Shown here: in pieces, positions 11,241-20,805 of the stretch
How positions within the stretch are numbered: the first letter of the stretch is position 1
Layout of the letters: every line of letters begins with the position of its first letter
Source of the DNA: Planctomycetota bacterium
GTDB taxonomy: Bacteria; Planctomycetota; UBA1135
Assembly (NCBI GenBank): GCA_045047305.1
Contig: JASFYO010000035.1
Span: forward strand, 1-46,180
Length of the DNA stretch: 46,180 nt
Direction: 5' to 3'
Program-made: the position numbers and the translations under genes
Notes under the pieces: model-generated
Seen by the model: the letters and a program-made list of their open reading frames with translations, nothing else
What the model was told of the DNA's origin: nothing
Database searches by the model: none

Positions 11241-11305
11241 CTTCGCAAGGGGAATGCGTTTCGATAACGTTTGCTTTGCAAAAATCTTGGAAAATCTACT
11301 CCACG

Positions 11306-11725
11306 CTAAAAAATCGGCGCATCAAACTTCATGGACGAGATAGGAATAAGCTTGTTGTTGAAGCCGCAGATTTCCCCCGTCTCAGAATCGAAGAAGGGAG
11401 TCCTACGTCCAGTCTCATGATGGCCGCCTAAGAAATAAGCCTTTCCATCTTCCCACTCCACCCGGCCGTTCCACCAGCGGTGAGTGTGCTTTAGAAAATG
11501 ATAAGCGACGAAGCCATCTAGGCGCCTCAGCTTGAAGACCACTTCATAGTGATTAGATTTCTCCGAAAGCTCCAAATGAAAACCATGCTCCGCTCCTTCC
11601 TTTTGACCAAAGCTAAGGTCAATCCAGAGGCTATCAATATGCAGAATGCGGTAAGAACAAGCATGTTTCCTTTTGTGGGGGGAGGTAATTAGAAAATACC
11701 GTCCCTCGATATCGTCCCGATTCAA
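11306..11725 (-). CDS. Hypothetical protein (uncertain)
   Basis: 139-aa ORF with TTG start that fills the gap in the same orientation as its neighbours; no recognisable motif. Confidence 0.3.
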   Translation of the reverse strand: MNRDDIEGRYFLITSPHKRKHACSYRILHIDSLWIDLSFGQKEGAEHGFHLELSEKSNHYEVVFKLRRLDGFVAYHFLKHTHRWWNGRVEWEDGKAYFLGGHHETGRRTPFFDSETGEICGFNNKLIPISSMKFDAPIF

Positions 11726-11787
11726 AGACCACCTTAAGCAATGTGGTCGCTCATGTTTAGCTTTGACCTAATTGGCGCGAGCAAACA

Positions 11788-12867
11788 CTAAAACGCCATA
11801 TCCGGCAGGCCGGAATCTTCTTCGGCTTCAGCACCCTCTTCCGCGGCCGAAGCATCTCGTGTTTTTGCAGCGTAAAAGCTGGCTAAACCAACATAGCGTG
11901 CGCCACGACACACAATACGGCCGAACGGTAGAAGCAGAAGCAAGGTCCACAAGGGCCAATCCGCAAGCTCTTGCACGGCTTTAGCGCCAGCAATCCAGAA
12001 CAGTTCCAAAGCAAAACTCAATCCCATAAGGCCGAACACTTGAAATGGCCTGCGCAGGAAGAATCCTACTGCGCGCAGCATTGCCAAAAATGCAGAGCGT
12101 CGGTTGCCGCAGATCATCGAAGCGCGCGCAAGATCGAGCAGAATCTCCGTTTTCCACATTGCAACCAGGAATAGCACCTGGCGCAAGGTTTCAACCCAAC
12201 GACCTGTATTTTCACTGGCGGCAAGATTCGCATCGCCTTGTGGTAACACACGCTCCATCAACCACTCCGCTGGCGTGCCGTAAAAAATCCAAGTGATGAG
12301 CGCAAAAAGAGGCAAGGCCAAGATCCACGTGCGTAAAAATGGAAAGAAAAAGTGTCCACCACACTGCAAAAAAGTGCGCAGGGAATGGCGTCGGCGGTTG
12401 AGGATGGCGATGCGCATCCAACCAGCCGTGATCACTAGGTTGAACAAACTGACCAACAGCAATAACGGCATCAGGGTTTGCGCAGCGACTCCTAATTCGG
12501 TTGGCGCAGCGCGGAACCATTCCTCGAAAATCCAGGCCGGTGCAACACCAGGAAGATCGATCGGAGTGCCACCGGGAATGGCTTCCATTGTGGAGAGGTG
12601 TTGCTCCGCCGCGAAGAAGGTTGGCAGCGCGACTACCAGAGGGAGGACCAAATTCACCCCAAGCAGAAACAGCAGTAAACGCGGCCGCGCTAAAGCAGTC
12701 CACACGCCGCTGAGCAAATGACTGCCGACGGAACGCTCTTGCGGTTCAGGGGGGCTCGATGTGCGCGGCGCCGGGTCACTGACTGGGAAGGCGTCGACCA
12801 CCATCGTGGTAGGCATAGTGGACGGTGCAGGGTCAAGGCCAGCTGCGTTTTCTTCAGGAACGACCAT
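11788..12867 (-). CDS. Multi-pass membrane protein translationally coupled to the M1 peptidase
   Basis: Start MVVPEE at 12867 overlaps the peptidase stop (TAATG); about 5-6 hydrophobic helices. Confidence 0.75.
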   Translation of the reverse strand: MVVPEENAAGLDPAPSTMPTTMVVDAFPVSDPAPRTSSPPEPQERSVGSHLLSGVWTALARPRLLLFLLGVNLVLPLVVALPTFFAAEQHLSTMEAIPGGTPIDLPGVAPAWIFEEWFRAAPTELGVAAQTLMPLLLLVSLFNLVITAGWMRIAILNRRRHSLRTFLQCGGHFFFPFLRTWILALPLFALITWIFYGTPAEWLMERVLPQGDANLAASENTGRWVETLRQVLFLVAMWKTEILLDLARASMICGNRRSAFLAMLRAVGFFLRRPFQVFGLMGLSFALELFWIAGAKAVQELADWPLWTLLLLLPFGRIVCRGARYVGLASFYAAKTRDASAAEEGAEAEEDSGLPDMAF

Positions 12868-15173
12868 TAGCCCACGCCCCCAAAGTAGTGCAGAACCTGT
12901 TGCGCCCACAGCATGACCTGTACCCCTACATGCCATGCATTTTCAGAATGCGGTTCACGAGTCAAGGTCTGGTTCAACCAGTTCTTGTCCAGCATCAGAC
13001 GGCGACGGGGGTCAATCTCTACCTTTACCACCTGTTGAGGATGCTCGGACCAACGGTAGCTCCAAACCCAGTCATCGCCAGCCCATACGAGGTCGGTGGC
13101 GCTTCCGTCTTCCCAAGTCACGCGTACTTCCACCGGAACTTCAAAATCGGTGGTGCGGGTAATCCCAATCTCCACCTCAAAGCGTGGCGCGTCCGAGGTC
13201 GTTCCATCCTGCAAACTCGGCACGTTAATCATGTGGTGCACCGCAAAATCCATCGGCGCATTTCCGACGTAAGCGTGCTCCCAAAAACCTGTCCAGTCGA
13301 TGACCACCGTTCCATTTTCGCCAGACAAGCTCGCGCCTTGCCCGAACTCCAAAACCGTGCGCAAGAAGTCCTCGGGCTGTGGGTGTTGGAAACGATAACG
13401 CTCGTGATAAGCACGCAGCACTCGAATCCAGCGCTCCTCCCCCATCATGCGCGACATCGTTTCCAAAGTCATCGCCGGGCGGTAATAGGCATTGATGCGC
13501 CGCTGCATCGTGTCTTGCAAATCCATGGTCGGGAATTGCAAAGGCTGCCCCCACGCTACACGAAACTTCTGACGTTCATCCAATACCTTGTCATGGCGCA
13601 CTTCTGGAAAGTAGGTGACTGGCGGCAACTCTGCCAGGAAACGGCCAAGCGAATCATGCTTACGCAAAGCCAAGGACAATCCAGATACAAATCCAAGGTC
13701 CGGCGACTCCCATTGCTCCAAGCTTAGAAAACCCCGTGGGTCTCCCTCCGCATAACTCGGCATCTGCAAAGGTGCGCGCCCCGCATACTCGGCGCCGAAC
13801 ACCGAATAGGTATCCAACTGCGCTGGGAAAGCTTTGTTCAGAATGCGCTGGGTACTGAAGGTATTGAAGCCTTCATCCATCCATGCATTGCGAAATTCAT
13901 CATTGCCGACCAAGCCATACCAAAATTGGTGCCCGAACTCATGCACCGTCACACCTTGGGGCCGCAGGGTGGTTTTCGCAGTGCCAAGTATGGCGCCAGC
14001 GGTAATCAAGCGCGGGTACTCCATGCCCCCAGTGGCGCGTGCATCATTCGCCGGGTCGACACAAGAGATTGTGGGGTACGGATAACTTCCGTACCAAAGG
14101 CCGAAGTAGTAAATCGCCTTGCCGAGGGCATCGAAATAACGCTCTTCTAGATTCGCGTGCTCCGGCTGCAGTAAAAGAATCATGGTGGTTGGTGCTGGAC
14201 GCACTGCCTCCACCGTTCGACCTAAAGCGCGTGCAACTTTTTGCTCCTCTTCTTCATCGCGGAACATCTCCGAACGAAATTCGCGGACAATGACTTTGGC
14301 TTTGGGGTCTACCGTCCACGCATAATCATGAATGTCTTCGGCTTCGGTGAAGTAAGTGATGGTGCCATCTTCATTCTGAGCTGGCCCAGATCCAATCACG
14401 CTACCACTAGCAACAAAATGGTCTGCATAATGCCCCGGCAAGGTGATGTTGACCTTGTAGCTTCCGAAGTCAGAATAAAACTCTACTAAGTAGCGATAAG
14501 GCGGACAGTTCCAAACCGTGTTCCCATGCAACTTCTCAAACACGCCCAGCTTCGGAAACCATTGCACCGCATGCAAATAGCCTTCACCGCCAAAACCGCT
14601 ACGGCGGAATGCGCGTGGCATGGTGGTGGTGAAATGCAGTTCCACCGTCACGGAATGATTGGGTAGAACAGCGCGAGGCAAAACAACCCGTGCAACCGTA
14701 CGATCCAAAGGTGCACCAGGTTGTGGCAGGAACTCGAATTCCAAATCGAGACTGTCTGCACCGAGGAGTTCGCCTGCAGGATTGGTGATGCCGAGAAAAC
14801 GCACCCACTCCACCTCGGTATGGCCCCATTCAGCAGGGATCTTGTCATCCCCCTTCATGCGAGCTTCACTCAGCCATGCGGACTGCGGCCCTTCCCACGC
14901 ATTGTTGTAAACATGCCAGTACAACTCATCGGTGGGGACCGAAGTTTGATTCACCCAAGTGACCTTGAGCTGCCCGGAAATAGTGCGGCCATCTTCCGCC
15001 AGAGCTACATCCATCACGTACGCAACGGTACGTGGACTCGCGCTGGGCAGATGCGTGGGCAAGGGCTCTTGTGCAAAGAGCCCGGTTCCTCCGCAAAGCA
15101 CAATGCTCAAGCAAAGGCTCAAGCTGCAACGGAGGCTGGGTAGGAAGTGTTTGACGGCAGTTGGCCGCATCAA
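12867..15173 (-). CDS. Secreted M1-family zinc aminopeptidase
   Basis: Signal peptide; GGMEYP exopeptidase motif; HEFGH followed by WMDEG (HExxH-x18-E); QWFPK. Confidence 0.9.
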   Translation of the reverse strand: MMRPTAVKHFLPSLRCSLSLCLSIVLCGGTGLFAQEPLPTHLPSASPRTVAYVMDVALAEDGRTISGQLKVTWVNQTSVPTDELYWHVYNNAWEGPQSAWLSEARMKGDDKIPAEWGHTEVEWVRFLGITNPAGELLGADSLDLEFEFLPQPGAPLDRTVARVVLPRAVLPNHSVTVELHFTTTMPRAFRRSGFGGEGYLHAVQWFPKLGVFEKLHGNTVWNCPPYRYLVEFYSDFGSYKVNITLPGHYADHFVASGSVIGSGPAQNEDGTITYFTEAEDIHDYAWTVDPKAKVIVREFRSEMFRDEEEEQKVARALGRTVEAVRPAPTTMILLLQPEHANLEERYFDALGKAIYYFGLWYGSYPYPTISCVDPANDARATGGMEYPRLITAGAILGTAKTTLRPQGVTVHEFGHQFWYGLVGNDEFRNAWMDEGFNTFSTQRILNKAFPAQLDTYSVFGAEYAGRAPLQMPSYAEGDPRGFLSLEQWESPDLGFVSGLSLALRKHDSLGRFLAELPPVTYFPEVRHDKVLDERQKFRVAWGQPLQFPTMDLQDTMQRRINAYYRPAMTLETMSRMMGEERWIRVLRAYHERYRFQHPQPEDFLRTVLEFGQGASLSGENGTVVIDWTGFWEHAYVGNAPMDFAVHHMINVPSLQDGTTSDAPRFEVEIGITRTTDFEVPVEVRVTWEDGSATDLVWAGDDWVWSYRWSEHPQQVVKVEIDPRRRLMLDKNWLNQTLTREPHSENAWHVGVQVMLWAQQVLHYFGGVG

Positions 15174-15194
15174 CCCATCCTACCGCGTAGTTGC

Positions 15195-15818
15195 CTACAT
15201 TTCGCCGTTCGCCTTCCGCATCGCGCGACGCAAGCGAGTCACCGCGTTGGAGTGGATCTGACTAACCCGAGACTCGGTCAGGCCAAGCTTGGCGCCAATC
15301 TCACGCATCTTCATTTCGTCGCGGTAGTAAAGCGACATCACGATGCGCATTTTGTCGGGCAGAGCGTCAATTTCACGATACAGAACATCGTGCATATCGG
15401 AGCTCTCGGACTCCACATCGGGAGATTTGGCTGCCAGGCTCTCATGCCCGTCCTCATCAGTAGGGATTCCGACCATAGAAGGAGCCTCTTCCCCACTCTT
15501 GCGCGCACGATCGCGCATGGAACGAGGAAGAAAATCCAGACGGCGCAGATCATCAAGGATCGAGCCGCGAATACGGTGGTAGGCATAGGTTTTAAAGCCT
15601 GCACCGCGTGTTGGGTCATAGGACCGGGCTGCGCGCATGAGGCCATACATGCCAGCAGCAAAGAGTTCGTCTTCGGATACGCTTACCGGCAGACGCGCCT
15701 TAATACGGTTGACGACGTACCAGACGAGGTGGCGCCACTGATCAATCTCGGCCTCGTACTTGGAGATAGGGACTCCGTCGGAGGTGTGAGTTGGATTTGA
15801 TGGAGGTTGAATTGACAT
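15195..15818 (-). CDS. fliA: FliA/WhiG-family RNA polymerase sigma factor (sigma28-like), short form lacking most of region 3
   Basis: DELFAAGMYGL...YDPTRGAGFKTYAYHRIRGSILDDLRRLDFLPRS; sigma4 LYYRDEMKMREIGAKLGLTESRVSQIHSNAV. Likely ATG at 15818 after AGGAG. Confidence 0.9.
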   Translation of the reverse strand: MSIQPPSNPTHTSDGVPISKYEAEIDQWRHLVWYVVNRIKARLPVSVSEDELFAAGMYGLMRAARSYDPTRGAGFKTYAYHRIRGSILDDLRRLDFLPRSMRDRARKSGEEAPSMVGIPTDEDGHESLAAKSPDVESESSDMHDVLYREIDALPDKMRIVMSLYYRDEMKMREIGAKLGLTESRVSQIHSNAVTRLRRAMRKANGEM

Positions 15819-15855
15819 CGGGATGGTGCTCCTGTGAAGGTTGCTCGAAAGACCT

Positions 15856-15893
15856 ATCGGCAAGGATGTCGCATTTAGTTCAATAGGAAATCG
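15856..15893 (-). promoter_or_regulatory. 38-bp motif upstream of fliA, shared with the pilM upstream region
   Basis: Minus strand CGATTTCCTATTgAActaaAtGCGacatCcTTGCCGAT; 27/38 ungapped identity to 19646-19683. Confidence 0.7.
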
Positions 15894-15965
15894 GTTTTCT
15901 TTATCGTGATTCAAATAAACTAGTTACGTCGCCTATTCGTGGAGGCATACCTCCGCATTATCCCC

Positions 15966-15993
15966 TTAGCGGACACCCTTCGTCAGAACTCAA
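15966..15993 (-). promoter_or_regulatory. Putative sigma28-type promoter for fliA (autoregulation)
   Basis: Minus strand TTGAGTTC-N12-TCCGCTAA(GGGG); resembles TAAAGTTT-N11-GCCGATAA and the three copies in the pilus cluster. Confidence 0.55.
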
Positions 15994-16108
15994 GCCCCCT
16001 TCTGGGTAGAAATTCGCTTCCGAAGTCGCCACACTGCCATCCTGGACCGCAGGCGGCGTTCCCCGACGTCGGCCTGCCCCCGCTAATTCCGCATCCTGAA
16101 AGGCAATC

Positions 16109-17758
16109 GTGGCAAAAAAGGCACACCTAACCGCTGAACAAATGGCCGGCGCACAGCGCGAAATCTCGGTTTCCGAGTTTTTCGCCAAGAACCGGCACCT
16201 GCTCGGCTTCGATAATCCGCGCAAATCCCTCCTCACCACCATCAAGGAGGCGGTCGACAATTCGCTCGACGCTTGTGAGGAAGCTGGCATCCTTCCCGAG
16301 ATCTTGGTCGAAATTGACCAGTTAGAGGAGGACCGGTTCCGCGTGGCGATTGAAGACAATGGACCTGGAATTGTCAAAGCGCAGATTCCGAACATCTTTG
16401 GCAAGCTGCTTTACGGCTCCAAATTTCACAGCCGACGGCAATCGCGCGGGCAGCAGGGCATCGGCATTTCGGCCGCTGGTTTATATGGCCAAATGACTTG
16501 CGGCAAAGGTCCACGCATTTGGTCGAAGACTACGCGCGGCAAGATGCATCAGTTTGAGATGCAGATGGACCTGACCAAAAACAAAGCGCTCATCACTAAG
16601 GATGAAGAGCACACCGAGTGGCATAGAAAGCACGGCACTCGTTTTGAGATTGATATTGAGGCCACTTATCAGCGCGGTTTGCGTTCGGTGGATGATTACA
16701 TCAAGCAAACGGCGGTATCGAATCCCCACGCGATGATTCGTTATCGCGCTCCAGGCATGACCGAGGAGCATATTTATGAACGCGTGGTCACCGATGTCCC
16801 CGACCTCGCGGAAGAGATTAAGCCACACCCTTATGGTGTGGAGCTCGGGGAGCTGATGAAGATGTTGCGCAACACCAACTCCCGCTGGTTAAGCAGCTTC
16901 CTGCAGGAGGAGTTCTGTCGGGTAGGACCGAAGGTTGCTAAGGACATCATCAAAACCGCCAAACTTGGCGAACGTTCTTATCCGAGTCGGATTGCACGAG
17001 AAGAAGCCAACAATCTCTTCCGCGCGATTCAGAAAACCAAGATTTCGTCGCCTCCTACCACCTGCCTTTCTCCGATTGGCGAGGACCGGATTAGGGAAGG
17101 GCTCATGAAAGAGTGCGATGCGGATTTCTACGCGGTCAGTACCCGTCCGCCGTCAGTTTATCGCGGCAACCCCTTTCAGATTGAAGTGGGTATCGCTTGG
17201 GGGAAACCAGGTGGAGATCAGCTGGAAGTCGATGAGAAAGGGCGGATTGAGAAAAAGAAACGCAAGCGCACTACTGATACCGAAGACTTGCTCGGTAACG
17301 CAGATGACCCAGTGCGGGTGCTGCGTTTTGCCAACCGCGTGCCTTTACTATTCCAGCAGTCCGGCTGTGGATTTACCAAATCCGTCATGCAGACCTCATG
17401 GAAGAACTATGGCCTCAGCCAGTCAAAGAGCTCCTTGCCGATTGGCTCGGCGGTCATCCTAATTCACATGGCAAGTGTGTGGGTTCCGTTTACATCGGAG
17501 GCGAAGGAGGCGATTGCGCCTTACCCTGAAATCCTGAAGGAGGTCAAGTTGGCCTTGCAGGAAGCTGGACGCAAACTTGGCGTACACATTCGTCGCGGTA
17601 AAAAAGTGGCCTCGGAGTTTCAGAAGCGGAGTTACATCGAAAAGTACTTGCCGCATGTGGGGATTGGCTTGCAGGAAATCCTCGGCTTAAGTGTGGAAGA
17701 TCGTGAAGAGGTCGTCGAAACCTTGCGCGACACCATGGAAACCTCGCGTAAGATTTAG
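16109..17758 (+). CDS. top6B: DNA topoisomerase VI subunit B
   Basis: [52 protein letters not shown] (GHKL ATPase), [28 protein letters not shown]. Confidence 0.96.
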   Translation: MAKKAHLTAEQMAGAQREISVSEFFAKNRHLLGFDNPRKSLLTTIKEAVDNSLDACEEAGILPEILVEIDQLEEDRFRVAIEDNGPGIVKAQIPNIFGKLLYGSKFHSRRQSRGQQGIGISAAGLYGQMTCGKGPRIWSKTTRGKMHQFEMQMDLTKNKALITKDEEHTEWHRKHGTRFEIDIEATYQRGLRSVDDYIKQTAVSNPHAMIRYRAPGMTEEHIYERVVTDVPDLAEEIKPHPYGVELGELMKMLRNTNSRWLSSFLQEEFCRVGPKVAKDIIKTAKLGERSYPSRIAREEANNLFRAIQKTKISSPPTTCLSPIGEDRIREGLMKECDADFYAVSTRPPSVYRGNPFQIEVGIAWGKPGGDQLEVDEKGRIEKKKRKRTTDTEDLLGNADDPVRVLRFANRVPLLFQQSGCGFTKSVMQTSWKNYGLSQSKSSLPIGSAVILIHMASVWVPFTSEAKEAIAPYPEILKEVKLALQEAGRKLGVHIRRGKKVASEFQKRSYIEKYLPHVGIGLQEILGLSVEDREEVVETLRDTMETSRKI

Positions 17759-17765
17759 GAGTTGA

Positions 17766-18992
17766 ATGATGGCAGCTAAGAAAAAAGTAGTGAAAAAGAA
17801 GGCGGCTAAGAAAAGCGCTAGCAAGACCGTCGTCGCCAAGAAAGGCGTCAAGCGCACGGTTGGGCCAGCAGAAAAAAAAGGCAAGAAGGATTTGAAGTCG
17901 GTTGCTTTGCAGTCGATTCAAGAAGTCGCCACCGATGTCTACCGTGTAGCCAGCAATGGCAACCTGCCGGACATGACCATGCCACAGCGCAACTTGGCAA
18001 ACGTGACTTACGACCCCAAACAAGGCTATTTCGAGCTGAAAGGCAATATGAAGACCCGAACTTTGGATGTCAATTCGGTTAAAACCTTCGCGCAAACGCT
18101 ACGGCTGATGTCGTTGGCTAAAGACATGGTCGGTGACGATGACTTCGCCACCAAACGAGAGGCTTACTACGTTTCCAAAAACTGGGGGGATGCCAAGTTC
18201 AACGAGCAACGTGAATCAGATACGGTTCTGGATGACATTGAAGGCATGTTCTCGGTCAAAGACGTCACCCGCGAGATTCTGCGCTTTGTGCCGGAAGAGC
18301 ATGGTGGTTCGGTAGTAGGCGCTTTAACGGTCATCGACCGCGACCCCGAAACGGGAGAAGCCATCCGCTCCGATTGTGCGGCGATGGGATCTGGCGCCTA
18401 CACCGTGCCAAGTTCAGTCGACCATCTCGGCTTTGAAACTACTGCCGACTTCGTACTCGCGATTGAGACTGGCGGTATGTTTCAGCGCCTTAACCACCAC
18501 CGCTACTGGCGCACCGCCAATTGCATTTTGGTGGAAATGGGAGGCGTCCCCACCCGTGCCACCCGCCGCTTCGTGCGACGCATCGCGGAAGGTCTCAAAT
18601 TGCCAGTCTACGCCTTTGTCGACTGCGATCCTTACGGCATCTGCAACATTTACCGCACTCTGAAGGTGGGCTCGGGCCAAGCTGCACACGTCAACAAGAC
18701 CTTTTGCGTTCCTACCGCGCACTATCTGGGTGTGACGCCGCAGGACATCATCGATTTCGGGCTGGAAGATGCTACTCACCCGCTGCTCCCGGTCGACATC
18801 AAGCGCGCCAAAGATGCACTGAAGAACGATCCATTCTTCCAATCCTACCCCAGGTGGAAAGCTGCACTAAAGCAAATGCTGAAGATGGGAGTGCGTGCCG
18901 AGCAGCAAGCTTTCGCCAAGTGGGGACTCAATTTCGTGATTGAGGAGTACCTACCGGTGAAAATGAAGCAAGCTAAAAAGTTTTTGCCTTAA
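17766..18992 (+). CDS. top6A: DNA topoisomerase VI subunit A (Spo11-like)
   Basis: TKREAYY (catalytic Tyr), F-x-EQRESD, TOPRIM motifs IETGGMF and DCDPYG, AEQQA; Lys/Ala-rich N-terminal tail. Confidence 0.95.
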   Translation: MMAAKKKVVKKKAAKKSASKTVVAKKGVKRTVGPAEKKGKKDLKSVALQSIQEVATDVYRVASNGNLPDMTMPQRNLANVTYDPKQGYFELKGNMKTRTLDVNSVKTFAQTLRLMSLAKDMVGDDDFATKREAYYVSKNWGDAKFNEQRESDTVLDDIEGMFSVKDVTREILRFVPEEHGGSVVGALTVIDRDPETGEAIRSDCAAMGSGAYTVPSSVDHLGFETTADFVLAIETGGMFQRLNHHRYWRTANCILVEMGGVPTRATRRFVRRIAEGLKLPVYAFVDCDPYGICNIYRTLKVGSGQAAHVNKTFCVPTAHYLGVTPQDIIDFGLEDATHPLLPVDIKRAKDALKNDPFFQSYPRWKAALKQMLKMGVRAEQQAFAKWGLNFVIEEYLPVKMKQAKKFLP

Positions 18993-18997
18993 TCTAT

Positions 18998-19024
18998 TTT
19001 AGGATTCCGGATAGAGGCCGTTAA
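18998..19024 (+). promoter_or_regulatory. Putative sigma28-type promoter for the pilin gene
   Basis: TTTAGGAT-N11-GCCGTTAA(GGGT), in the 64-bp gap before the pilin. Confidence 0.7.
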
Positions 19025-19056
19025 GGGTCATGGAGATTTCGATTCTCCGTTGACCC

Positions 19057-19563
19057 ATGAAATCTACCCACCGGAAACAAGCTGGATTTACCCTGATGGA
19101 AATCGCCATCACGGCTAGCATTCTCTTAATGCTGGCTGGAATGGCAATTCCAGCTTTTGCAGACACGATTGATGACGCCGAAGTCGCATCCGCCCAGTCC
19201 ATGCTGGCGCGCGTCCGCACTGGCGTCGACTTTTACAGCCTTCAGCACCGTGACGACTTCCCGGGTGGCTCCAGTGGCACCTGGTCAGCAAGCATTTTCG
19301 AGAATCAACTGCGCCAAGCAAGTGATATTGATGGCGCTACCGCCGCACAAGGGACTTCTGGATATCCCTTCGGCCCTTATCTCACCGAACTAATTCCAGC
19401 GAATCCGTTTAATCAGCTGAACACCGTGATGGTGATCCAACCAGGTGGCAGCTTTTCTGCACCGGATGACAGCACTGGGTGGGTTTATTGGGCCGATACC
19501 GGGGCTTTCAAGATTAACTGTTCGGAGGCCGCTCCAAATGGCGAAGCCATCTTCGACCTGTGA
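19057..19563 (+). CDS. Type IV pilin / GspG-like protein (probable major pilin)
   Basis: Class III signal peptide KQAG|FTLMEIAI with Glu5; FGPYL..IPANPFN motif. Confidence 0.88.
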   Translation: MKSTHRKQAGFTLMEIAITASILLMLAGMAIPAFADTIDDAEVASAQSMLARVRTGVDFYSLQHRDDFPGGSSGTWSASIFENQLRQASDIDGATAAQGTSGYPFGPYLTELIPANPFNQLNTVMVIQPGGSFSAPDDSTGWVYWADTGAFKINCSEAAPNGEAIFDL

Positions 19564-19645
19564 TCGATCCCTACGAAGAACGACCTCTCCAGGCCTTATG
19601 GGCCCTGCTTGCTTTCATCACAGGATGCATCGCCTGGATCTAAAG

Positions 19646-19683
19646 CGATTTCCTATTAAAGCCGAAGCGCATCCTTTGCCGAT
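19646..19683 (+). promoter_or_regulatory. 38-bp motif upstream of the pilM operon, shared with the fliA upstream region
   Basis: CGATTTCCTATTaAAgccgAaGCGcatcCtTTGCCGAT; same 12-bp 5' box, same spacing and same TTGCCGAT as 15856-15893. Confidence 0.7.
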
Positions 19684-19686
19684 GAA

Positions 19687-20805
19687 ATGGCGATTCCTCG
19701 GAACACTACCTTGAAACTCGTCACACGACATTCGCCGATTGCCCTGCACTTTGGCGCCCTGGACACCCGCCTCCTCCAACTGAATGGAGGGCCTGGAGGT
19801 TGGTCCGTACGCGCCGCCGAAGTGCTTGAAGGTACCGGAGGGGCACGTCACACAGCCGCTGTAGAAGCATTGACCCCGCGCCTGAAAGGCCTCAAGCTTC
19901 GCGGCAAAGATTGCTTAGTCAGCCTCACAGGAGATGAGGTCGCTGTGTCTTTAGTTCCGGTCGACCCGCATAATCGTGGCCGCATGAACCAAACCTTGAA
20001 GGAAACCGCAATGCGTTCCATTCAAGATCCCGAGGGCGTGATTTACCGCTACATGCCCCTTTCCGGTCCGGACGAAGAAGCCGCCGAGAATGCACGCGAA
20101 GAACTTCTGCTACTCGCGCTTGGCCAGTCAGAAATGCGGCGCTGTTTGACCGCGGTCGATGCCTTGCGCATGCGTGCAGTCAGTCTGGAAGTCTCAGCCT
20201 TCCCACTCGCACGCACCATGGCTGCAACGCAGCCTGGAATGGAAGCTCCCTGGGGATTCCTCCACCTTGGCTTTGGGCATTCCATTTTCGGCATCGTGCA
20301 ACGCGGTGAACTGCGCTTCTTGAAGCCCATGCAGTTGAATGGTGAGCGCCTGCTTAACACTTTGGAGAAAGCGCTCAATCGCTTCAACCAACCGGACCCT
20401 GCAGCGCTTAGTGAACTTCTCATGGCTACCGACGCACCTGCAGAAGAGCCTCATCGCTTGGTCAATGGCAAGGTGCTGCAGACTGTGACTGAAAACGCAG
20501 TGGGGCATGCAGCGGAACTGGTCCATGCACTACGCATGGAAGCAGAAGCTCTTGCCCAAGAAGTCCGCGCCTGTTTACGCCACTTCGCCAACCGTCACCG
20601 TGGTGCAAAGTTAGCCCACGTGCAAATCGCAGGCATGGGTGCCAAGCTTCCGGAAGTAGAAACTGCGCTAGGTAATGCACTCAGTCTGCCAACGCAGATT
20701 GCCGAGCCATTCACAGCTCTCGGCATCACCGCTCCGCAGCATGTGCTCGAAGAACAGCACCTCTGGTGCATCCCTCTCGGGCTTGCGATGCGAGGTTACG
20801 CATGA
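19687..20805 (+). CDS. pilM: PilM-like pilus assembly protein (actin-like fold)
   Basis: SPIALHFG, FLHLGFGHS, EVRACLRHF, IAGMGAKL and C-terminal PLGLAMRG; first gene of an M-N-O-P-Q block. An alternative TTG start at 19711 is plausible. Confidence 0.8.
   Translation: MAIPRNTTLKLVTRHSPIALHFGALDTRLLQLNGGPGGWSVRAAEVLEGTGGARHTAAVEALTPRLKGLKLRGKDCLVSLTGDEVAVSLVPVDPHNRGRMNQTLKETAMRSIQDPEGVIYRYMPLSGPDEEAAENAREELLLLALGQSEMRRCLTAVDALRMRAVSLEVSAFPLARTMAATQPGMEAPWGFLHLGFGHSIFGIVQRGELRFLKPMQLNGERLLNTLEKALNRFNQPDPAALSELLMATDAPAEEPHRLVNGKVLQTVTENAVGHAAELVHALRMEAEALAQEVRACLRHFANRHRGAKLAHVQIAGMGAKLPEVETALGNALSLPTQIAEPFTALGITAPQHVLEEQHLWCIPLGLAMRGYA

Noticed and set aside
15856..15893. Sigma54 promoter reading of the shared TTGC-containing motif
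   Set aside because: Neither this copy nor the pilM copy has GG at -24.
16060..16086. CCCGCTAA as a sigma28 -10 for top6B
   Set aside because: No -35-like element at the proper spacing.
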